Origin: Candidatus Moraniibacteriota bacterium
GTDB lineage: Bacteria; Patescibacteriota; Minisyncoccia; Moranbacterales; UBA2206
Direction: 5' to 3'
Assembly (NCBI GenBank): GCA_049297495.1
Contig: JBAQUL010000035.1
Location: forward strand, 21,203-85,202
DNA length: 64,000 nucleotides
The first letter of the stretch is position 1; each line of letters opens with the position of its first letter. The notes under the pieces were generated by a model that did not search any database, was not told the origin of the DNA, and worked only from the letters and a program-made list of their open reading frames with translations. The position numbers were made by a program, and so were the translations under genes. Positions 18,739 through 28,052 of this stretch are shown piece after piece.

Positions 18739-18938
18739 AACTCGTCTCCTTTTGTTTTATTTATACCCATGATGAGATTAATCTTAATAACACATCATTC
18801 AACGAAGAACGACATGTCATATTAGCACATTTATGCCAATTAGTCAATAGACCGCTTCCTTACCCAAATTATTAGGCTCTATAAAGCCCAGATCCAAAAT
18901 CAGGCAGAATTACTTATTTTACGCCCACATCAAACAGA

Positions 18939-18978
18939 CAAACAAAAACCACCAACAGATGCTGGTGGTTTTTGTTTG
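18939..18978. terminator. Bidirectional rho-independent terminator downstream of tRNA-Glu
   Basis: Perfect 16-bp stem caaacaaaaaccacca / tggtggtttttgtttg with loop acagatgc, and A/T runs on both sides. Confidence 0.7.
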
Positions 18979-19014
18979 ACATATGATGTCTGTCCATCTT
19001 TAAGTTACTGATAG

Positions 19015-19086
19015 TAGCCTCAAGGGGAATCGGACCCCTGTTTCCAGGATGAGAACCTGATGTCCTAGCCGCTAGACGATGAGGCC
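19015..19086 (-). tRNA. tRNA-Glu (anticodon CTC)
   Basis: Reverse complement GGCCTCATCGTCTAGCGGCTAGGACATCAGGTTCTCATCCTGGAAACAGGGGTCCGATTCCCCTTGAGGCT folds into a cloverleaf (7-bp acceptor, D-arm with GG, anticodon loop TTCTCAT). T-loop TCCGATT has a C at position 55, which is unusual. Confidence 0.6.
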
Positions 19087-19119
19087 ATTTTCTACATACT
19101 CTATTATTATTTTTAATTT

Positions 19120-19181
19120 CCAGGATGCTTGTCCGCCTCGGGCGGAAGAACCTGACGTCCTAACCGATAGACGATGGGGCC
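19120..19181 (-). other. Partial duplicate of the tRNA-Glu 5' half (acceptor 5' strand, D-arm, anticodon arm) with a 19-nt hairpin-forming insertion in the anticodon loop; no T-arm or 3' acceptor
   Basis: GGCCCCATCGTCTATCGGTTAGGACGTCAGGTTCT[TCCGCCCGAGGCGGACAAG]CATCCTGG aligns with the intact tRNA except for the bracketed insert (plus strand 19128-19146), then degenerates into AT-rich spacer. Confidence 0.5.
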
Positions 19182-19240
19182 AAAATATCCAAAACTTAGC
19201 TTATCAGTAACTGGAAAAATTATCAAGTGAACGGCGCAAA

Positions 19241-21589
19241 TTACTGAATTATCTTTCCGCCCTTTCCTACCTGATCAATTTTCACAGAAAGCATCTTGGA
19301 CATTCCGTCCTCTCCCATTGTAACGCCATAGAGCAAGGATGCTTGACGCATTGTTTCGCGATTATGAGTGATAATCACAAATTGAGTGGAGTCGGAAAGC
19401 TCCTGGATAATCCGACCAAAACGCTTTGAGTTTGCCTCATCAAGCGCCGCCTCCACTTCGTCTAAAATCGAAAAGGGAGGTGGATTATGAGCAATTATGG
19501 CAAAAAGTAGAGCTAGTGAAGTGAGTGAACGCTCTCCACCAGAAAGCATTGCAAGGCTCGCGATTTTTTTGCCTGCCGGACAGGCTGAGATATCGATACC
19601 AATTTCGTCCTTATCATCCTCATCCTCCACAACAGCTTCTTTTTCGGCTTCGCCGTCTTGCTCATTGACCTCAACATTCTCAGCTAAATCATCCTTCGTT
19701 CTGCGCGTTTTTATCTTCACCTTAGTCAGATGAGCGTCTCCACCGCCAAAAATAATGCGAAAATATTTAGAAAACTCTCTATTAATTTCATCGAAAGTCT
19801 CATGAAACTTCTCGTTCACTTTTTTCTCCATCTCTTTGATCACTTCCCGAAGTGACACCAAGGCATTTTCCAGGTCCGCAGATTCAGTCGTCAAGAATTG
19901 AAAGCGCTTTTCAGTTTCATCATATTCAGTCACAACCAAGGGATCAATCCCCCCGATTTGCTCCATTTGAAATTTCAACTTAGCAATATCTCTTTCCAGA
20001 GAAAACTGATCAACTACTTCCAGCGTTTTTGCCAAAAGTTCAGCGTCCAATTTCAGCTCTTCCAAAATTCTCGCCCGCAAATCCTCTTCCCGCACCTCGA
20101 TCTTTGCCAAGGAAATCTTGAAATCATTATACTTATCCTTAAACGAATTAGTCTCATCCTGTTTTAGGCGCAACTCACGCTCCAACATGAAAAATTGCTG
20201 GCGCTTTTCGCGATCCAGCGCAATTTCCGCTTGAATTTCCCGAGAAATTTTTTGCAAATCTTCTTCAATCGCTTTGATTTCTTCGCGCGCTTTTCGCGAT
20301 TTAGCCCTCAGTTCAATGATTGCCTGAGAATCAACAGACACAACAACTGGAACGGGTTTGATTTCCACCTTTTTTTGCGAAGACGGGGTCTCTTTTTTCC
20401 CCTTTTCAATGTCGCCCCTAAGTTCAGTTAATTTTTGCTGAATTTTTCGTGCCAATTCGCGAACAACCTCGATATCCTTCAAATCCTTCGCGTCATTCAG
20501 CTTTTGCACCAACACCTCCTGATCACGTCTGATTTCTTCCAAATTACCTTTGACATAACTCAAGTCCACTGGCTGACTTTGAATCTTGATTTCTTCGATG
20601 ATTTGAATGCTTTTTTGCTTTTCTTTTTCCAATTCAATCCGTCCTTCAGAAACAATCAATTCGCGCTCTAAATCGTTCAAGCGACTGCGCTTTTCCCTTT
20701 GAATTTTTTCCAATTCTTGCAAGGTTTCATTGGTTTTTTCTTCCTTGGAACGTCGATTGACCTCGTCCAAAAGTTTGTCCGCTTCGCGCTGGATATTATT
20801 CATCTTTGCACCCAGCGTATCTTTTTCTTCGTTCAGTTTTATCTTATCCTCATTAAATTTATTCCAAAGGTAGGTATAGAGCTTCGTTTGTTTTTCTTTT
20901 AGCTCCTTAGCGACAATCTCTCCTTGTGCCGCTTTTTCTGCTTGACGCTTAAGCACTTTCAGATGTGGCCGTATCTCTTCGATAAGTTCACCCACTCGCA
21001 CTAAATTTATCTTCGTTGTTTCCAACTTTCGGAGTGCTCGTTCTTTTTTGATTTGATATTGCTTCACCCCCGCCGCTTCCTCAATCACAAATCGACGTTC
21101 AAGTGGCGTCGCATTGAGCACGGAATCGGCCATGCCTTGATTGATGATGGCGTGACTTTCTTTGCCCACACCGGCCTTAGCTAGAATATCCACAATGTCT
21201 TGCAATCTTACCCTCGAACCATTGACCAGATATTCACTTTCACCACTGCGAAAAATTTTTCGAGAAATTGCCACTTCATCAAATTCCAAAGGCAATCTTT
21301 TTTCACTATTATCGAAATAGAGTGTCACCGTAGCACTGCCCAATTTGGCCTTTTTTCCTGAACCGGCGAAAATAATGTCCTCTGATTTTTTGCTCCGCAA
21401 GTTTTTCATCGACTGCTCCCCAATCACCCAACGCATGGCGTCAGCAATATTCGATTTTCCTGAACCATTCGGCCCGACGATAGCGGTTATCCCGCGAACA
21501 GCACCCTCCACAGAAGACGACGAAAAATCCAACACTGTTTTTGTTGCGAATGACTTAAATCCATTAATTTCCAATTTTTTCAAAAACAT
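19241..21589 (-). CDS. smc: SMC-family chromosome-segregation ATPase, short form (~783 aa) without a recognisable hinge
   Basis: N-terminal MFLKKLEINGFKSF and GPNGSGKSNIADAMRWV Walker A. C-terminal LSGGERSLTSLALLFAI signature and ILDEVEAALD Walker B. Long coiled-coil middle. Start moved to ATG at 21589; the track's extension runs through the catgttt repeats. Confidence 0.75.
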   Translation of the reverse strand: MFLKKLEINGFKSFATKTVLDFSSSSVEGAVRGITAIVGPNGSGKSNIADAMRWVIGEQSMKNLRSKKSEDIIFAGSGKKAKLGSATVTLYFDNSEKRLPLEFDEVAISRKIFRSGESEYLVNGSRVRLQDIVDILAKAGVGKESHAIINQGMADSVLNATPLERRFVIEEAAGVKQYQIKKERALRKLETTKINLVRVGELIEEIRPHLKVLKRQAEKAAQGEIVAKELKEKQTKLYTYLWNKFNEDKIKLNEEKDTLGAKMNNIQREADKLLDEVNRRSKEEKTNETLQELEKIQREKRSRLNDLERELIVSEGRIELEKEKQKSIQIIEEIKIQSQPVDLSYVKGNLEEIRRDQEVLVQKLNDAKDLKDIEVVRELARKIQQKLTELRGDIEKGKKETPSSQKKVEIKPVPVVVSVDSQAIIELRAKSRKAREEIKAIEEDLQKISREIQAEIALDREKRQQFFMLERELRLKQDETNSFKDKYNDFKISLAKIEVREEDLRARILEELKLDAELLAKTLEVVDQFSLERDIAKLKFQMEQIGGIDPLVVTEYDETEKRFQFLTTESADLENALVSLREVIKEMEKKVNEKFHETFDEINREFSKYFRIIFGGGDAHLTKVKIKTRRTKDDLAENVEVNEQDGEAEKEAVVEDEDDKDEIGIDISACPAGKKIASLAMLSGGERSLTSLALLFAIIAHNPPPFSILDEVEAALDEANSKRFGRIIQELSDSTQFVIITHNRETMRQASLLYGVTMGEDGMSKMLSVKIDQVGKGGKIIQ

Positions 21590-21752
21590 CCTATCATGAA
21601 GCATGAAACATAAAACACGAAACAAAAAAGCTTGAGCCTAATTCGTCCTATGTTATATGCTTCATATTATATGTTACATGTTATGCTACATGTATTTTTA
21701 TTCTACAACACTTTTTAAAATAAATAAACCCAGAGTCACAAGTTAACAAAAA

Positions 21753-21773
21753 CACCGGATTTATTCTGGTGTT
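21753..21773 (-). terminator. Rho-independent terminator after gene 21810..22241
   Basis: acaccgga-tttat-tctggtgt hairpin flanked by an A-run and TTTTT. Confidence 0.55.
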
Positions 21774-21809
21774 TTTGCTCTATCTTTTCTCCAAATGTCA
21801 AGGTCTTAT

Positions 21810-22241
21810 TTATTTTTTCTTTTCCACTGCCTGCGCTCTTGTGATAGAAATCATTGAGGCGTTTTTGGTTGTTTTGTCATATGTGACCTTGACCGAATCA
21901 CCCTTTTTTAAATCAGCCATTTGACCAGCAATTGGTTGATCTGCGCCTAAAGTAATTATGACCGGTGTAGTGCCATTAATATTAACTACTGTCAATTCTT
22001 GAGGAGTTTTAATAGTAAGGGTCTTCTCTGCGATAGCTTCTACGCTACCCGAAACATCTACTCTAGCATTCTTATTGTCTTTTGCAGCATCTTGACCAAA
22101 CATATTGCTTTTGACAATTGCATTTTGGTCCACTGGATTATTTACGACATTCTTATCTCGAATACTCTTGGCGATAATAAAAATTCCGCCAAAAAGAACA
22201 ACGAGTGCGAAGACAAGAATGAGTGTTTTTTTTGTGTTCAT
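21810..22241 (-). CDS. Small membrane-anchored protein, paralog of the 3922..4374 product
   Basis: N-terminal TM (LILVFALVVLFGGIFIIA). Shared C-terminal motif GDSVKVTYDKTTKNASMISITRA. Immediately downstream of the second giant surface protein. Confidence 0.5.
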   Translation of the reverse strand: MNTKKTLILVFALVVLFGGIFIIAKSIRDKNVVNNPVDQNAIVKSNMFGQDAAKDNKNARVDVSGSVEAIAEKTLTIKTPQELTVVNINGTTPVIITLGADQPIAGQMADLKKGDSVKVTYDKTTKNASMISITRAQAVEKKK

Positions 22242-22274
22242 ATTTTTTTAATTATTATAAATTAATTTATTATT

Positions 22275-25271
22275 CTATTTCTCTTCCCATAGACCAGAAC
22301 CGCAAGGACCACAATAGGCAGAATCACACGTATTTGCCGGACAGCTCGCACAGATCCGAGGTTGTGTTCCGCAAACTCCCACTCCACACGGATTTGAACA
22401 ACCTGTAGTGCAAACTCCTGGTACACAGTCCGCTACACAAGAATTTCCACTTCGCGTAAATCCAACTTTGCAAGTATATTCACATTTTGGCTCGCTTCCT
22501 ACTGGTGAACTGCAAACGTCAACAACCACTCCGTCAATATTCGCCGCTAAAAAATAATCGTCATCAGCACAAAGATCAGCGTTACTAGGTGGGTTAGTAC
22601 ACGTAGCAGTGTTCAAGACACAAGCTCCGGCGCCACCATCCCAAATATAGCCATCTGCGCAAGAATAGCATTTCTGAGCACCACAACATGTCGAACCATC
22701 AGTTACAGTTTTAACTTTATACATCGCCTCATCAGCTGCCGAAATCGGATCGGCACACGCCCGCATATCAGTCCCGATAGGTTGACAAGTTGCCGCACAA
22801 ACGCTTGCCGAGGTCACACAAGGAGTCCCTGTGACCGCTCCATTATAGGGTGTAAGTAAGCAATTAACAGTCCCGTTTTCGTTCAGCAAAACACCGAAAT
22901 TAGTATACTCGGAAGGAACATTAAGCCCCAGGACTGGTGGCGTGAGACCATTGCAAGATAAGGTGCAACCTTTAGCTTTTGTCGTTGTCCAACTCAGAGG
23001 ACCCCAGGTATCCTTAGAATATGACGCGCTGCTAAAAGAAAAGCTATTGCAAACAGGAGTTTGCGTATAATATTCGCATGCCCCAACCGCTCCAGTACAG
23101 CCGGTAGCTGTCACATCTTTCCATAGGGTAACATTAGGTAATCCTGATGTTTTTGTGCTAGGACAAACTTCTTGAAATTCTCCAATCGGATCAGGAGGAG
23201 TACCTGTGCATGAATAACTTGCTGCCGGACCAACTGTTGTTGAAGCATAACAAGGTTCACCCACAACGGCACCCTTGCGAGGAAGAAGAGAGCAATTCAC
23301 CAACCCTTCTCTATTTAGCATCATACCATAATTAGTATATTGCTTGTTAACTATGCTACCAGAAAACTCAGGGTCAAGACCTGTGCAAGATAGCGCGCAA
23401 TCATCAGCGCCAGTAGTTGTCCAACTCAGCGACCCCCAAGCGTCCTTGACATAGCTACTATTGTCAAAGGAAAAAGCATTGCAAACTGGCGCCACTGCAA
23501 CTTCATACTCGATATCCGCTTGTCCACTGGAAATATCTCCATAATATACACTTCCTGAGAAATGTGCCCTATAAACACCAGGCACCGATTGCGCAACACC
23601 AACAACCGTAGCTGTCGAAGTACTGGACTGACCTACAATTGAAGTGCCATTAGAAAGCAAACTATAGCTGGTTTCATTTATTTCTGCTTCCAATGTTATG
23701 CCCATAGTTGTGTTGGAACAAGTTGATGAATACGCGTTACCAGTAGCAATAATCGCCTCGTTTGGTTTGTACACAGTCTTATCTAAGTTTACATTATATG
23801 TAATAGCACCAATGTAATTAAAATCCACAACAAATGTGGCCCCTGCTGCCCATACACCGCTCGATACCAATAGCCCGGAAGCAACTAAAATCAATAAAAG
23901 AAATGTATTAATATGCCTTTTTTTGATTAATATAACTGCGAAGGATATTATGGAGAGCAGAAAAATAAAGGAAATTCCATAGAATAATAAATTATTTTTT
24001 TGATTTTCTTTTTTTTGCTCCTGCTTGATTGTTGTATTTACCGACTCACCTTTACTCGTGAGCCTATAATCGCTTTGGTCCAGAATTAAGCCCTTCGCAT
24101 CTTGGATTGCGACACTGATTTGGGGGTCAAGACAATCAGCAATGACAGGAAAATCAAAAGACGGAGTTCTTTCCTTGGAATCAAGTTCTTTTTTACTATT
24201 TATAGCAACACAATTAGTGTTGTTTTTATCTTTTATGGAAATTATTGCAAACAACTTTCCACCATCCGTTGCGCCGAAACGAGAACCAGAAAAACTATCA
24301 GCAGAGGGAGTCCAAAAGAAGGAAGCCTTGGCCGCATCACCTTTTTGATAATAATCCTTATCTAAACGAAGATTTTGAATTGTAGCACTAGCTCCTCGCA
24401 ACACATAATGGAAAATTGCTTTATTGGAAATCACGTTACCATTCGCATCGGATAGATTGACAATAATATCATAGGCCTGAGGCACAGTAGCCTTGGGAAG
24501 GGTAAAACTAACTTGCTTTTTTTCTTGTGGATTTAGTACTAGGACTTTTTGAGGTTCTTGATTATCCGGAACAACTCGTCCAAAAGTAGTGCGCCAATGC
24601 GTTTCGGCTTTTGGAGTAACTGTCAATGTTGTTTTTGAATGATTCGTAATTTCACAAGTTGCAGTTAGCCTTTCCGTATCTTTGATGTCCACACCTTGAC
24701 CTAATGCATATTGCCGACCACTCACTTCTCCCGTAACTATCATAAAGCAAGAATTGACATCAATTTCCGCATATTGTCCATCTCCACTCAATACAACATC
24801 TCCAGGATGAACCATTGCCAACAGAAGACCATTTTGATTTTTAGCAACAAGCCAAAGCTGAAAATTACCAGAAAAATAGGCGGGAGCGATATAATTAATT
24901 TCTTTTGAAATTGTCTCATTCTCACCAAGATTGACTATTTCCGGATAAATCTGCTCGTCCACGACCACTTGCCCACCTTTGTCTTTTTTGATTAACTGAA
25001 CGGCGTATTTAACATCCGGCTGAACATTGGCGCGGTTAGAAAGTCCAAAAGTTACCTTGAGCTGATTTTTATCCTGAGAAACTATTTTTGCATTATCAAT
25101 TCCAGTCGTGGCTACTGTGTCTGTCTTTTTTTGTTTTGGCGATGAAATCTCGGCGGCTTGAACATTTGAGATAAAAAAAGCCAATCCAAAAATGACCAAG
25201 ATACTAATGGTTAATTTTTGGAAAGCACTTTTTTGTTTCATTCTTTTTGTTTTATTTTGTTCATTACTCAA
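22275..25271 (-). CDS. Large cell-surface protein (998 aa): signal peptide, ~400-aa N-domain, internal two-helix TM hairpin, C-terminal Cys-rich repeats sharing the CEYY motif with the first giant protein
   Basis: N-terminal KQKSAFQKLTISILVIFGLAFFISNVQA. Internal LLFYGISFIFLLSIISFAVILIKKRHINTFLLLILVASGLLVSSGVWAAG. Two C-terminal ~110-aa repeats CN(A/S)FSF..S(Y).KD.WG.LSWTTT...C.LSC.GL. Confidence 0.7.
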   Translation of the reverse strand: MSNEQNKTKRMKQKSAFQKLTISILVIFGLAFFISNVQAAEISSPKQKKTDTVATTGIDNAKIVSQDKNQLKVTFGLSNRANVQPDVKYAVQLIKKDKGGQVVVDEQIYPEIVNLGENETISKEINYIAPAYFSGNFQLWLVAKNQNGLLLAMVHPGDVVLSGDGQYAEIDVNSCFMIVTGEVSGRQYALGQGVDIKDTERLTATCEITNHSKTTLTVTPKAETHWRTTFGRVVPDNQEPQKVLVLNPQEKKQVSFTLPKATVPQAYDIIVNLSDANGNVISNKAIFHYVLRGASATIQNLRLDKDYYQKGDAAKASFFWTPSADSFSGSRFGATDGGKLFAIISIKDKNNTNCVAINSKKELDSKERTPSFDFPVIADCLDPQISVAIQDAKGLILDQSDYRLTSKGESVNTTIKQEQKKENQKNNLLFYGISFIFLLSIISFAVILIKKRHINTFLLLILVASGLLVSSGVWAAGATFVVDFNYIGAITYNVNLDKTVYKPNEAIIATGNAYSSTCSNTTMGITLEAEINETSYSLLSNGTSIVGQSSTSTATVVGVAQSVPGVYRAHFSGSVYYGDISSGQADIEYEVAVAPVCNAFSFDNSSYVKDAWGSLSWTTTGADDCALSCTGLDPEFSGSIVNKQYTNYGMMLNREGLVNCSLLPRKGAVVGEPCYASTTVGPAASYSCTGTPPDPIGEFQEVCPSTKTSGLPNVTLWKDVTATGCTGAVGACEYYTQTPVCNSFSFSSASYSKDTWGPLSWTTTKAKGCTLSCNGLTPPVLGLNVPSEYTNFGVLLNENGTVNCLLTPYNGAVTGTPCVTSASVCAATCQPIGTDMRACADPISAADEAMYKVKTVTDGSTCCGAQKCYSCADGYIWDGGAGACVLNTATCTNPPSNADLCADDDYFLAANIDGVVVDVCSSPVGSEPKCEYTCKVGFTRSGNSCVADCVPGVCTTGCSNPCGVGVCGTQPRICASCPANTCDSAYCGPCGSGLWEEK

Positions 25272-25543
25272 CCAAAGTTTTTTACATCTATATACTACAA
25301 CACATTTGGAAATTTGTCATTTTTTCTAAGCAAGCTTCGCTTCAAGCCGCCAAAAAGCCAAACCTTCTCATCTGTTGAATCTCTCGCCATCCACAGGAAT
25401 TACAAGCAAAAATATCATCAGTACAAACTTCCAAATAAAGCTTTCTTCATTATTCAAAAAGGTTACTCCTTACATAAATAGCACACCCTGTTTGAGAAAA
25501 ATTGGACAATGACCCTTTTGCTGATATAATTAATATGCGCTTA

Positions 25544-25652
25544 AACCTCCTTCGCTCCGAGAGTACTCGGAGCTACGGCGTGTCAAAGAAAAATAAATAA
25601 ACCATCACAAACCTCCTTCGCTCCAACATAACTTCGGAGCTATGGCGGTCGA
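25544..25652. repeat. Two tandem copies (25544-25582, 25609-25652) of a ~40-nt structured motif aacctccttcgctcc-[hairpin]-ggagcta(c/t)ggcg; an inverted third copy lies at 61004-61039
   Basis: Copy 1 aacctccttcgctccgagagtactcggagctacggcgtg. Copy 2 aacctccttcgctccaacataacttcggagctatggcggtcg. Copy 3 (reverse complement) aatcctccaacgtttcgagagtactcggaactacggcgtg. Confidence 0.7.
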
Positions 25653-25658
25653 AGCAAG

Positions 25659-26564
25659 ATGCAAGAAATAAAAACTGAAAAATTTAGCTGGATTGATTTT
25701 CAAGAACCTAATGCTGATGATGTCCTCCAGATTCAGAAAAGATTCAAACTCCATCCCTTAGTTGTGGAAGAATTTTCCACTCCGACTCTGCGACCCAAAG
25801 CGGCGGAATATGACAATTGTGTCTATCTTGCCATTCACATCCCCCTCTATGACAGCGAGAATAAAACTACCTACCCCGGAGAGCTCGACATCGTAATTTG
25901 CGAAAATACACTCATCACCTCTCACGACGTGGAAATATACCAGTTAACTGATTTTTTCAATGAACTGAAAAAAAGTAAAAAAAAGCGTGAGATTTATATG
26001 CAGCAAAGCCCAGGAGCACTTCTGCGCTATCTTCTTGAAATGCTCCTCGAATCCTGCTTTCCGCGCCTAGATCACATCTCCCGAAAACTAGATAATATTG
26101 AAAAGGAAATTTTTGCCCAACATGAAAAAGAAATGGTCTTTGAAATTTCCCTGGTTAAAAGAGATATTCTCAATTTTCGTCGCACCATGAAACCACAACG
26201 CAGTGTTTTTGAGTCTCTCACCCAAGAACACAAATATATCGAAAAAGAACTCAGGCCCTATTTCCAAGATCTTATTGGAACAAACATTCGCATTTGGAAT
26301 ATGCTGGAAAGCGCCAAGGAAACGATTGAGTCACTGGAGGCCACCAACAACTCCCTCCTTTCCAACCAGCTCGACATGACCATGAAAGTGCTTACGATTT
26401 TTTCCGCTGTGATGCTTCCCATGACTGTCTACTCCAATATCCTGGCTATGAGCGCCGATATCCCCTTTGGCAAAGATCCTAACGCTTTTTGGATTCATTT
26501 GAGCATCATGCTCGCGCTATCACTGATTACTATCACCGTTTTTAAGGCAAGAAAGTGGCTATAA
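25659..26564 (+). CDS. CorA-family divalent-cation transporter, divergent (GMN motif replaced by AMS)
   Basis: ~230-aa cytoplasmic domain plus two C-terminal TM helices. TM1 LTIFSAVMLPMTVYSNILAMSADIPFG aligns with the CorA LT.ist.FLPlTfiaGiYGMNF region. Confidence 0.55.
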   Translation: MQEIKTEKFSWIDFQEPNADDVLQIQKRFKLHPLVVEEFSTPTLRPKAAEYDNCVYLAIHIPLYDSENKTTYPGELDIVICENTLITSHDVEIYQLTDFFNELKKSKKKREIYMQQSPGALLRYLLEMLLESCFPRLDHISRKLDNIEKEIFAQHEKEMVFEISLVKRDILNFRRTMKPQRSVFESLTQEHKYIEKELRPYFQDLIGTNIRIWNMLESAKETIESLEATNNSLLSNQLDMTMKVLTIFSAVMLPMTVYSNILAMSADIPFGKDPNAFWIHLSIMLALSLITITVFKARKWL

Positions 26565-26581
26565 TTATGAAAAGTTAGATT

Positions 26582-28051
26582 ATGCTCAAACTCTACAACA
26601 CCCTAACTAAGACAAAAGAGGAATTCAAGCCAATTAACCCCGGTAAAGTTGGTTTTTATACTTGCGGCCCAACCGTCTATGACTATATTCATATAGGCAA
26701 TATAAAATCCTACATGACTGCCGACACTCTACGTCGCTATCTAACCCATCTTGGCTATGAGGTAAAGCACATTAAAAATATCACAGACGTGGGACATCTC
26801 ACTGAAGATGACATTGCTCAAGGTGACAGCGGCGATGACAAGTTGGCAAAAAAAGCCATAGCAGAAAAAAAATCTCCGGCTGAAGTAGCCAAATTCTATG
26901 AAGCTTATTTTCATGAAGTAGAAAAAAAAATCAATATCCTACCGGCGCATTTTTTCCCCAGAGCGACAGCGCATATCCCACAGATGATTAAAATTATCAC
27001 TGCTCTCATTGAAAAAGGATTCGCCTATGAAAAAAATGGTAATGTCTTTTTCAGTGTTAAAAAATTTCCGGATTATGGAAAACTTTCCGGCAATACCCTA
27101 TCCAATTTGAAAGTCGGCGCACGCCTAGAGGAGCACCCAGACAAAGACGACCCATGGGATTTCGCTCTCTGGCTGCGCGCGCCCAAGGAACACTTAATGA
27201 AATTTGATTCTCCTTGGTCAATCGGCTATCCCGGCTGGCACATTGAATGTTCAGCCATGAGCTCAGACTATTTAGACGATACTTTCGATATTCACACCGG
27301 AGGCGAGGATAACATTTTTCCTCATCATGAAGCAGAAATTGCGCAAAGTGAATGCTTTTCTGGAAAAAAATTCGTTAATTATTGGCTGCACACTCGACTA
27401 CTCCTGGTAGATGGAATAAAAATGTCCAAATCTAAGGGTAATTTTTATCGGCTAGATGATGTCTTAGCAAAAGGCTATGACGCCATGGCTCTGCGAATCC
27501 TAATTCTATCTTCTCATTATCGAAGCCAAATGAATTTCACTTGGGAATCAATGGATCAAGCCAAGAGTAATTTTGAAAGAATAGTGTCCTGGCTTAATAA
27601 TTTAAAAGATATTGCCCCAGACGCTCCAAAGACAAAAACCGAGATCAGCTTCACCCATATCTATCAAAAACGCTTTGAAGAAGCGATGAATGATGACCTC
27701 AATACTCCGCTCGCACTCAGCGTAATTTATGACTTAATTACCGAAACCAACAAACTATTGTCAGAAGATAAGCTCTCTCCTGCCACCGCTAAGGAAATTT
27801 TGTCTTTTTGGAATCGGATTAATAAGGTTTTTGGACTTATCATTTCTGATCAAGAAAAAATTCCTGAAAATGTAATTCTTATCGCCGAAAGGAGAAAGCA
27901 AGCGAGGAATGAAAAAGATTTTCAACTCTCCGATGATTTGCGTGAAGAAATTGAAAATCTAGACTATCTAATAGAGGATTTAAAAGAGAATAACTATTCA
28001 TTAAAACCTGCCCGCAATGCTTCGCATAGCGATGCAGGCGTGGAAAAATAA
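26582..28051 (+). CDS. cysS: Cysteinyl-tRNA synthetase
   Basis: HIGH motif (FYTCGPTVYDYIHIGN), KMSKS (KMSKSKGN), and zinc ligands. Confidence 0.9.
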   Translation: MLKLYNTLTKTKEEFKPINPGKVGFYTCGPTVYDYIHIGNIKSYMTADTLRRYLTHLGYEVKHIKNITDVGHLTEDDIAQGDSGDDKLAKKAIAEKKSPAEVAKFYEAYFHEVEKKINILPAHFFPRATAHIPQMIKIITALIEKGFAYEKNGNVFFSVKKFPDYGKLSGNTLSNLKVGARLEEHPDKDDPWDFALWLRAPKEHLMKFDSPWSIGYPGWHIECSAMSSDYLDDTFDIHTGGEDNIFPHHEAEIAQSECFSGKKFVNYWLHTRLLLVDGIKMSKSKGNFYRLDDVLAKGYDAMALRILILSSHYRSQMNFTWESMDQAKSNFERIVSWLNNLKDIAPDAPKTKTEISFTHIYQKRFEEAMNDDLNTPLALSVIYDLITETNKLLSEDKLSPATAKEILSFWNRINKVFGLIISDQEKIPENVILIAERRKQARNEKDFQLSDDLREEIENLDYLIEDLKENNYSLKPARNASHSDAGVEK

Positions 28052-28052
28052 T

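Noticed and set aside
21590-21625. N-terminal extension MFRVLCFMLHDR of smc
   Set aside because: It is encoded by the catgttt repeat leader. The canonical SMC start MFLKKLEINGFKSF begins at 21589.
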